Assembly: GCA_020353155.1 (NCBI GenBank)
Contig: CP070689.1
Span: 686,682-750,681 of the forward strand
Length of the DNA stretch: 64,000 bases
Direction of reading: 5' to 3'
Source of the DNA: Deltaproteobacteria bacterium
GTDB lineage: Bacteria; Desulfobacterota; Syntrophobacteria; BM002
Shown here piece after piece: positions 57,421 through 64,000 of the stretch (position 1 is the first letter of the stretch; each line of letters starts with the position of its first letter). The translations under genes were made by a program, and so were the position numbers. Below the pieces are notes generated by a model, which ran no database searches, had not been told where the DNA came from, and worked only from the letters and a program-made list of their open reading frames with translations.

Positions 57421-57484
57421 CGCTAAGCGTTTAAGTTTGCTATAATAGATATTCTTTAAATTATTTAAATAACTAATAATTTCT

Positions 57485-57513
57485 CTATGCGCTCTGCGCC
57501 ATGCGCTATGCGG
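57485..57513. repeat. Tandem CTATGCG/CTCTGCG heptamer array upstream of glmM.
   Basis: CTATGCG CTCTGCG CCATGCG CTATGCG G. It is preceded by an AT-rich stretch containing TATAAT at 57451-57456. Confidence 0.75.
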
Positions 57514-57527
57514 TCAAGAGGGACGCC

Positions 57528-58877
57528 ATGGGAAAGATATTCGGGACAGATGGAGTGAGGGGCGTAGCCAATGTGTACCCTATGACCACCGAGATGGCTA
57601 TGCAGCTTGGAAGAGGTGTTGCGTACGTTTTCAAAAACGACAAGCGCCGCCACAAGATTGTTATAGGTAAGGACACCCGACTGTCTGGCTACATGATCGA
57701 GAATGCAATAGCCTCCGGTATCTGTTCCATGGGAGTGGATGTGCTCCTAGTTGGCCCACTACCAACTCCAGGTATCGCCTTTATCACCACTAGCATGCGA
57801 GCCGATGCCGGTGTAGTCATATCTGCCTCCCATAATCCCTTCCAAGACAACGGCATCAAATTTTTCTCCCGCGACGGTTTCAAACTCGATGATGAAATTG
57901 AGGAAAAAATCGAAGAGCTTATATTCTCTAATGATATCGACCATCTTCGTCCCACTGCGGAGGAAGTGGGTAAGGCCTTCCGAGTGGATGATGCCGTGGG
58001 CCGTTACGTGGTTTTCCTGAAAAACACCTTTTCCAGGGATCTCACTCTTGACGGCATAAAAATAGCAATGGACTGTGCCAACGGAGCCGCTTACAAAGTT
58101 GCGCCGGCCGTGTTCGAGGAATTGGGTGCCAATCTGGTTCTGACAGGGGTAAAACCCAACGGTTACAACATTAATGAAGGCTGCGGCAGTGTCTACCCCC
58201 AAGTCACGGCTGAATTGGTAAAGGAATCGGGTGCTCATCTGGGCATTGCCTTTGACGGAGACGCAGACCGTTTGATCTGTGTTGATGAAAAGGGAACGGT
58301 GGTAGACGGTGATCAATTAATGGCCATATTTGCTTCCCGTATGCTCAAGGATAAAACCTTGAAAAACTCTACTTTGGTCACCACCGTTATGAGTAACATG
58401 GGACTTGAAATAACTCTGAAATCAATGGGTGGCAAACTTGTCCGTACCGCGGTTGGCGACCGATATGTGGTAGAAAGAATGTTAGCTGAAGACCACAATT
58501 TAGGTGGTGAACAGTCTGGCCACATTATTTTTCTTGACCACAACACCACTGGAGACGGCATCCTCTCCGCCTTGCAGCTCTTGGAGGTGATGGTTACTGA
58601 AGATAAGCCCCTGTCTGAACTGGCCTCAATCATGGAACGCTACCCCCAGCACTTGGTGAACGTCCGGGTTAAGGAGCGCAAGCCTCTGGAGGATTTCCCC
58701 GAGATCACCCGCACGGTGGAACAGGTCAAAGAGAAGCTTGGCGACGAGGGCCGCCTTCTTATTCGGCCTTCTGGAACCGAGCCTGTGATAAGGGTTATGA
58801 TCGAAGGAAAGGACCAGCATAGAGTGGTCGAAATGGCTGAGGAGACCGCAGCTGTTATTGGCCGGGTTATGTCTTGA
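57528..58877 (+). CDS. glmM: Phosphoglucosamine mutase.
   Basis: Start [12 protein letters not shown] (ATG at 57528). Active-site SASHNP, with the phosphoserine in [12 protein letters not shown]. Confidence 0.95.
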   Translation: MGKIFGTDGVRGVANVYPMTTEMAMQLGRGVAYVFKNDKRRHKIVIGKDTRLSGYMIENAIASGICSMGVDVLLVGPLPTPGIAFITTSMRADAGVVISASHNPFQDNGIKFFSRDGFKLDDEIEEKIEELIFSNDIDHLRPTAEEVGKAFRVDDAVGRYVVFLKNTFSRDLTLDGIKIAMDCANGAAYKVAPAVFEELGANLVLTGVKPNGYNINEGCGSVYPQVTAELVKESGAHLGIAFDGDADRLICVDEKGTVVDGDQLMAIFASRMLKDKTLKNSTLVTTVMSNMGLEITLKSMGGKLVRTAVGDRYVVERMLAEDHNLGGEQSGHIIFLDHNTTGDGILSALQLLEVMVTEDKPLSELASIMERYPQHLVNVRVKERKPLEDFPEITRTVEQVKEKLGDEGRLLIRPSGTEPVIRVMIEGKDQHRVVEMAEETAAVIGRVMS

Positions 58878-58960
58878 TTATTCCATTATTTCAAGAGAGC
58901 TTTGTTGCTTCTTCAGGATTGCCAGCCATGTATCAAAAATTTTTGAGGTAAATTTATTTA

Positions 58961-59746
58961 ATGCTACTTGCTATCGACATCGGCAACACCAATACGGTCC
59001 TCGGCCTGTACCGCGGCTCTGAGTTAATCACTGATTGGCGTATCAGGACAGAACAGGATATGACTGCCGACGAGTACGGCATTTTGATGAACAACCTTTT
59101 TGCCGCCAAGAATGTCCGGTTTAGCGATGTGACTCACATGGTGACCTCCTGTGTCGTGCCACCAATGCTCAATACTGTGGTGGAATTTGCTGACAAATAC
59201 TTCGATCTTGAACCACTCATTGTGGGACCAGGAATCCGCACTGGCATGCCAATTTATTACGACAATCCTAAAGAGATTGGAGCCGACCGGATAGTCAACG
59301 CTGTAGCTGCATACGAGAAGTATAAAACCAGCGTTATTGTTGTGGATTTCGGCACCGCCACAACTTTCGATTATGTCTCTCCAAAGGGTGAATACCTGGG
59401 AGGAGTCATTAGCCCAGGAGTCCTGATCTCCTGCGAGGCACTCTTTCAAAAGGCCTCCAAGCTACCAAGGGTAGAGATCTTTGCTAAACCTAAGAGTGTG
59501 CTCACCAAAGACACCATTAGTGCAATGAACGTCGGTATCGTCTACGGTTACGCTGGTCTGGTGGACGGTATCGTGCGTAGGATCAAGGGCGAGGCTGGAA
59601 CCGATCCCATGGTCGTGGCCACCGGTGGTTTGGCACGCCTGATTGCGGCTGAGTCTCAAGAGATTGAATTAGTGGACGACGATCTTACCCTGGAAGGTCT
59701 CAGAATCATTTTCGAGCGGAACCAGGAAGAAAAAAATAAAACTTGA
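58961..59746 (+). CDS. coaX: Type III pantothenate kinase.
   Basis: 261 aa. [11 protein letters not shown] and GADR...DFGTATT motifs (ASKHA fold). Confidence 0.9.
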   Translation: MLLAIDIGNTNTVLGLYRGSELITDWRIRTEQDMTADEYGILMNNLFAAKNVRFSDVTHMVTSCVVPPMLNTVVEFADKYFDLEPLIVGPGIRTGMPIYYDNPKEIGADRIVNAVAAYEKYKTSVIVVDFGTATTFDYVSPKGEYLGGVISPGVLISCEALFQKASKLPRVEIFAKPKSVLTKDTISAMNVGIVYGYAGLVDGIVRRIKGEAGTDPMVVATGGLARLIAAESQEIELVDDDLTLEGLRIIFERNQEEKNKT

Positions 59747-59763
59747 TTTAGCCTGGATATTTA

Positions 59764-60675
59764 ATGCTAACTCTCATCAAGCCACCCTCGCTTAGACCCG
59801 GAGATCGGGTGGGAGTGTTGTCGCCAGCTAGCCCATGCCCGGCCCACGAGCTTGAGGCGGGCTGTGCCATCTTAAAGAAACTGGGCCTGGATGTGGTTTC
59901 TCATGCTGCTGACGAGTCATCCCAGCCCGACTACCTTGCCGGGAGTGATGAATTTCGGGCCTCACACTTCAACGAGCTTGTCCAGGATCCAGAGATAAAG
60001 GGTCTTTTCTGCGCCCGGGGCGGCTATGGCTCCTTACGTATTCTGCCGAACATTGCCTATGAACAGCTTCGGGCTACACCTAAGTCTTTAGTGGGATTCA
60101 GCGATATAACCGCCCTCTTACTCGCCTGTCATGTCAAAACAGGCTTGGTTTGTTACCATGGTCCAACCGTCTCGACCCTGGCCACATCTGACCAGGAAAC
60201 CATAGAATCATTCTGGACCGCCCTCACTAGCAGTGCGCCCGTGGAGTTATTATTTGCCGAAGCAGTTTGCCTTAGGGCAGGGAAATGCGAGGGATCGGTT
60301 CTCGGCGGCAATCTAACCACCCTTATTCACCTTATGGGAACTTCTTTCCTGCCCTCCCTTTCTGGAGCCATTCTTTTGCTCGAGGACAGGGGTGAACGAT
60401 TATATAGGATCGACCGGATGCTCACCCAGTTGATCCATAGCGGCCTTGCAGAAGAGATCTCCGGCCTTATTTTGGGTGACTTCTCCGAAAATGGCCCCCG
60501 GGATGAACTCAACGACCTGGTGCAAGAGCGGTTTGCCCCCAATTCCTTTCCGATACTCTCAGGGGCTCCCGTTGGGCATGGACGGCGGAATCTTACCCTT
60601 CCCCTTGGCCTTCCTGCCACTCTGGATGCTGAGGCGGGTACCCTAACCTATCATCAAACAGCCACGGCACCATGA
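59764..60675 (+). CDS. ldcA: LD-carboxypeptidase (muramoyltetrapeptide carboxypeptidase, peptidase S66).
   Basis: 303 aa. GVLSPAS, the catalytic Ser context GFSDITAL, and the E/H triad region. Confidence 0.8.
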   Translation: MLTLIKPPSLRPGDRVGVLSPASPCPAHELEAGCAILKKLGLDVVSHAADESSQPDYLAGSDEFRASHFNELVQDPEIKGLFCARGGYGSLRILPNIAYEQLRATPKSLVGFSDITALLLACHVKTGLVCYHGPTVSTLATSDQETIESFWTALTSSAPVELLFAEAVCLRAGKCEGSVLGGNLTTLIHLMGTSFLPSLSGAILLLEDRGERLYRIDRMLTQLIHSGLAEEISGLILGDFSENGPRDELNDLVQERFAPNSFPILSGAPVGHGRRNLTLPLGLPATLDAEAGTLTYHQTATAP

Positions 60676-61769
60676 GCGCGGAGAAAAGGATCCTGGATTT
60701 ATTACTCAGTGCTGTCTCTGATGGGATATTTCCCGGTGGCGTTCTCCTCGTTGCCCACAGGAAGAAAACCGTTTTTTTCGAAGCAGTGGGAAACAGCGGT
60801 TTAGTTCCTGTGCCACGACCCATGTCCCGTCAGACCCGCTTCGATCTGGCCTCACTCACCAAGCCTCTGGCGACATCTCTGGCTATAGTATGTCTAGTAA
60901 GCCAGGGCAAAGTTCGGCTGGACGATTCACTTGCAAAACTTCTTCCTTCCACTACGGTACCAAAGGACAAAAAAGAAATCACCCTTAGACAGCTCCTCAG
61001 CCACTGTTCTGGTCTGCCCGCCTGGAAGCCCTACTATCTCTCTCTCGAATCCTTGCCCCAAACGGCCCGCAAGGCCCAGATACGTCGGCAAATTCTTGAA
61101 GAACCCCTTGAATACCTTCCCACAACCAGCACCATCTATAGTGATCTGGGCTTTATTGTCATCGAGTGGCTTCTTGAGGAGAACAGTGGACAAGATCTCT
61201 ACCATTTCACCCGGGAAAAACTCTTTGATCATCTTAATTGTACTGCTCCGGGTTTTATTCCCCTTGATCAGAAGACAGATGTTGACCATAGCCAATTTGC
61301 CGACACCGAATACTGTCCTTGGAGGGGCCGCATCCTTTGCGGAGAGGTCCACGACGAGAATGCTCATGCTCTAGGCGGTGTAGCTGGCCACGCAGGATTA
61401 TTCGGCACCGCCCAGGAGGTTAAATGCGTCCTCGATTGTATTTTGGACACAATTGCTGCCGAAAACATCTCGGCTCCCTGGTCTCGGGAACATTTGACCG
61501 AGTTCTTACAGCCGGCGCGGTTACATCCTTCCAGCACTTGGGCCTTGGGCTTCGACACCCCAGCCTCCTCGGAGTCCAGTGCCGGCCGCTATTTCTCAAG
61601 CAACAGCGTTGGCCATCTCGGATTTACTGGCACTTCCTTTTGGCTTGACCTAGAGAAAGAGATGGCAGTAATACTGCTCAGTAATCGAGTACACCCCAGC
61701 CGGGACAATGAAAAAATCAAGGAATTTCGACCCTTGCTCCATGACGCGGTGATGGAAGAATTCGCCTAG
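60672..61769 (+). CDS. Serine hydrolase of the beta-lactamase/PBP4-AmpH family.
   Basis: 365 aa. SxxK ASLTK, an YxN-like YSD, and an HxG-like HLGFTG. It overlaps the ldcA stop by 4 nt. Confidence 0.75.
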   Translation: MSAEKRILDLLLSAVSDGIFPGGVLLVAHRKKTVFFEAVGNSGLVPVPRPMSRQTRFDLASLTKPLATSLAIVCLVSQGKVRLDDSLAKLLPSTTVPKDKKEITLRQLLSHCSGLPAWKPYYLSLESLPQTARKAQIRRQILEEPLEYLPTTSTIYSDLGFIVIEWLLEENSGQDLYHFTREKLFDHLNCTAPGFIPLDQKTDVDHSQFADTEYCPWRGRILCGEVHDENAHALGGVAGHAGLFGTAQEVKCVLDCILDTIAAENISAPWSREHLTEFLQPARLHPSSTWALGFDTPASSESSAGRYFSSNSVGHLGFTGTSFWLDLEKEMAVILLSNRVHPSRDNEKIKEFRPLLHDAVMEEFA

Positions 61770-61803
61770 TTAGCCGCTGTAAGCAACCCTCTTAGGCTAT
61801 CTT

Positions 61804-63234
61804 ATGAATCAGGAACGATTTGACAACAGGCAGATTCGAACCATACATTTCATCGGCATCTGCGGTACCGGCATGGGAACCCTGGCGGCAATGCTTCAGG
61901 AAGCCGGCTACCAGGTACAGGGTTCGGACCAGAATGTTTACCCGCCCATGAGCACCTTCCTCAGTTCCAGAGGAATTCCTATCATAGATGGATATGGGGC
62001 GGAAAACCTCAAGCCCCCTCCTGATCTTGTGGTGGTGGGCAATGTTATTCGTCGCGACAACCCGGAAGCGGTGGCTGCCCTCGAGGGCGGTCTCAACTAC
62101 TGTTCCATGCCCCAGGCTCTCCACCGTTTTTTCCTCAATTCGTCTCAGTCGGTGGTTGCGGCGGGAACGCACGGCAAGACGACTACTGCCGCACTACTCG
62201 TCTGGCTACTCACCGTGGCCGGCATGGACCCAGGCTGCCTGGTGGGTGGACTGCTGGCCAATTTCCACCAAAGCTATCGTCTTGGCAAGGGAACTTACTT
62301 TGTGGTTGAGGGTGACGAGTACGACACCGCTTTTTTCGACAAGGAACCTAAGTTTCTTCATTACCAGCCCAAAATATGTGTTCTGACCAGCGTGGAATTC
62401 GATCATGCCGACATCTTTCCCGATCTGCAAGCGGTGGAAAATGCTTTCGCTAAATTAATGAAAAGCATTCCTGGCGACGGGCTATTGATTGTCAACTCTG
62501 ATGATCCCGGGGCCTCCCGCCTCAGCCGGGGAGCTAGTTGCCGGCTCGTCACTTACGGTTTCAAGGATCCAGCTCAATACAGGGTGGAAAAAGTTGACTA
62601 TGGCGTAGGTGCCACCCGCTGCAGTGTTTGCGGCCCACAAGGATTTAAGGTCACTTTCGACTCTCCCCTTGCGGGAGCCCACAATTTGAGCAACACTATG
62701 GCCATGGTGGTTCTGGGGCGCGAGCTGGCTCTGGAGACTGGTATCATTCAACAGGCCCTCAGCACTTTCAGGGGCGTTCGCCGGCGCCAAGAGGTAAGGG
62801 GCGAACCTAATGGCGTCACGGTTATTGATGATTATGCCCACCATCCTACGGCGGTGCAGGCCACTCTCGAAGCGCTGCGTCCCTTCTATGGCAACAGGCG
62901 CCTCTGGGCAATCTTCGAGCCCCGAACTAATTCAAGTAAAAGACGAGTCTTCCAAGAGCGGTATGCCACCGTTTTCGACGGCGCCGATCTGGTGCTTATC
63001 AAGGAGCCCCCGGGATTGGACCGCATTGATCCTGAGGAACGGTTGTCCGCGCGGCAACTGGTGGCAGACATCAAAGCCCGGGGGGTGAATGCACATTATT
63101 TCGCTATCGTGGATGAGATGCTGCCATTCATCTTGTCCAGAGTCGAATCTGGGGATGTACTCCTGGTTATGTCCACCGGCTCTTTCGACACCCTGATAGA
63201 CAAAATTTTGGAGGGACTTAGCAGGTTAGCATAG
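61804..63234 (+). CDS. mpl: UDP-N-acetylmuramate:L-alanyl-gamma-D-glutamyl-meso-diaminopimelate ligase (murein peptide ligase).
   Basis: 476 aa. Mur ligase N-terminus IHFIGICGTGMGTLA, P-loop AGTHGKTTT, DEYDTAF, and the C-terminal domain. Confidence 0.9.
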   Translation: MNQERFDNRQIRTIHFIGICGTGMGTLAAMLQEAGYQVQGSDQNVYPPMSTFLSSRGIPIIDGYGAENLKPPPDLVVVGNVIRRDNPEAVAALEGGLNYCSMPQALHRFFLNSSQSVVAAGTHGKTTTAALLVWLLTVAGMDPGCLVGGLLANFHQSYRLGKGTYFVVEGDEYDTAFFDKEPKFLHYQPKICVLTSVEFDHADIFPDLQAVENAFAKLMKSIPGDGLLIVNSDDPGASRLSRGASCRLVTYGFKDPAQYRVEKVDYGVGATRCSVCGPQGFKVTFDSPLAGAHNLSNTMAMVVLGRELALETGIIQQALSTFRGVRRRQEVRGEPNGVTVIDDYAHHPTAVQATLEALRPFYGNRRLWAIFEPRTNSSKRRVFQERYATVFDGADLVLIKEPPGLDRIDPEERLSARQLVADIKARGVNAHYFAIVDEMLPFILSRVESGDVLLVMSTGSFDTLIDKILEGLSRLA

Positions 63235-63386
63235 GGCATGGAGCATGGCGCATAGGGTAAAATACAACTGTCGTCTGTCCTCCGTCCTCTGATCTCCGAC
63301 TTCTGACCTCTGTCTTCTGGCTGTCCGCTGTCTGCTGTCCGCTGCCTACTGGCTCCTTACTCTATGTTCCATGCCCTATGTCCCGC
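63231..63386. repeat. Largest composite array: inverted CTATGCC-family flanks around a CTGTCCT/CTCTGAC core.
   Basis: ATAGGGC ATGGAGC ATGGCGC ATAGGGT (reverse orientation; contains the mpl TAG stop), then CTGTCGT CTGTCCT CCGTCCT CTGATCT CCGACTT CTGACCT CTGTCTT CTGGCTG TCCGCTG TCTGCTG TCCGCTG CC, then CTCTATG TTCCATG CCCTATG TCCC (forward). Confidence 0.85.
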
Positions 63387-64000
63387 GCACTGCCCGCTGA
63401 ACCGCTAGGTGGGCCTGGCGGATGGGTTCAGGAAGACGATATTTTGAGCAGCATCGCATCACCAGCCAGCGGCTGCTTTCAAAGTCAGCCAAATGCCCGG
63501 GCGATACGTACAGAGGCTTGACCTCAGTCCTGGTGCGCAGTACCACCCCAACCCGCTCATGGCGGTGCATGAGTGAGCGATACTGGCCTTTTTTAGGTCC
63601 CAACTTGCCGTGGGCCCCCACCAATCTAGTTTTGGCACAGCCAACTGTTGGCAAATCAAGCCAGAGACCCAGGTGGCTGGCAAGACCAAGCCTCCTGGGG
63701 TGAGCTATCCCCTGGCCGTCGCATAAAACTACATCAGGCTGTCCCTGCAGGAGCTGAAATGCTTCTAAAAGCAGAGGGATTTCGCGAAAGGACAGAAGCC
63801 CGGGCCTGTAAGGGTAAGCAATCTCGCCACTAAATTGGACAAGCTCTCTAAACTCAAGACTTGGATAGGTATAAGTAGCCAAGGCTGCAACAGCTGTCTG
63901 GTAGCGGCTAGAATAACCCACATCGGCCCCGGCGACCAAAGTGATTTGTTCAGGCAGAGGTTTGACTACAACTCGAGAAGCCAGCTGTTTCTGTAGGTTT
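63376..64000 (-). CDS. nfi: Endonuclease V (deoxyinosine 3'-endonuclease). 5' partial; it runs off the window edge.
   Basis: VAGADVGYS is the catalytic DxG context. The frame stays open upstream of the TTG at 63939 to the window end (...LASRVVVKPLPEQITLVAGADV), matching the Nfi N-terminus. Confidence 0.8.
   Translation of the reverse strand, partial: NLQKQLASRVVVKPLPEQITLVAGADVGYSSRYQTAVAALATYTYPSLEFRELVQFSGEIAYPYRPGLLSFREIPLLLEAFQLLQGQPDVVLCDGQGIAHPRRLGLASHLGLWLDLPTVGCAKTRLVGAHGKLGPKKGQYRSLMHRHERVGVVLRTRTEVKPLYVSPGHLADFESSRWLVMRCCSKYRLPEPIRQAHLAVQRAVRGT

Overview
The window is 64 kb of a bacterial chromosome, dense with housekeeping genes. Gene content (orphan selB, nadA, an Isf-like flavoprotein, a Frz-like chemosensory operon, PilZ and bactofilin genes) suggests an anaerobic delta-proteobacterium-like lineage (Desulfobacterota/Myxococcota-type); this is a guess from gene content only. 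I call about 59 protein-coding genes and one tRNA-Leu(CAA). I find no integrase, transposase, phage genes or CRISPR array.

Conserved modules:
- pyrD (5' partial), then selB without selA, selD or tRNA-Sec nearby.
- A PaaI thioesterase and a Cache/PAS sensor histidine kinase.
- An ATP-grasp plus SF2 helicase pair next to the tRNA-Leu.
- mltA, and a methyl-cycle block ahcY-metK, followed by a DUF502 protein and panD.
- rsmA, a DUF2062 membrane protein, a metallophosphoesterase, nadA.
- A c-di-GMP/cytoskeleton-flavoured stretch: two PilZ genes, a SYLF lipoprotein, an Isf-like iron-sulfur flavoprotein fused to SCP2, a bactofilin, and a zinc-ribbon/thioredoxin membrane protein.
- A UDP-sugar dehydrogenase, nfu, rlmH-tlyA, then the dxs-ispA-xseB-(M23 peptidase)-xseA operon.
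- An oppABCDF-type ABC importer.
- A seven-gene chemosensory operon whose order (ATPase-REC, cheW, cheW, mcp, cheA-REC, cheB, cheR-TPR) matches Myxococcus frzA-B-CD-E-G-F.
- tilS-ftsH-folP-glmM, coaX, ldcA, a beta-lactamase-like hydrolase, mpl, and nfi (5' partial).

Two things stand out:
1. The first gene of the Frz-like operon (50375-52540) encodes an unusual fusion. It has an N-terminal MshE-type c-di-GMP-binding MshEN domain with two RLGxxLVxxGxI...L...Q repeats, a complete GspE/PilB-type secretion/pilus ATPase with a tetracysteine motif, and a C-terminal CheY-like receiver domain. This could be a direct phospho- plus c-di-GMP-gated ATPase output of a chemosensory pathway.
2. Almost every intergenic gap carries short tandem arrays of 7-nt (occasionally 8-nt) units. 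Several families recur, including CTATGCC, CTCTGAC/CTGTCCT, TGCCTAG, AAATGNN/CATTTNN, AATCCGA, TNAAATC and GTAAACG. They are often arranged as inverted composite arrays, sit between cistrons of the opp operon, and overlap stop codons. This looks like an STRR/REP-like repeat system, and I could not assign it to a known named family.

All annotations below rest on motifs read directly from the translated ORFs. I ran no database searches.
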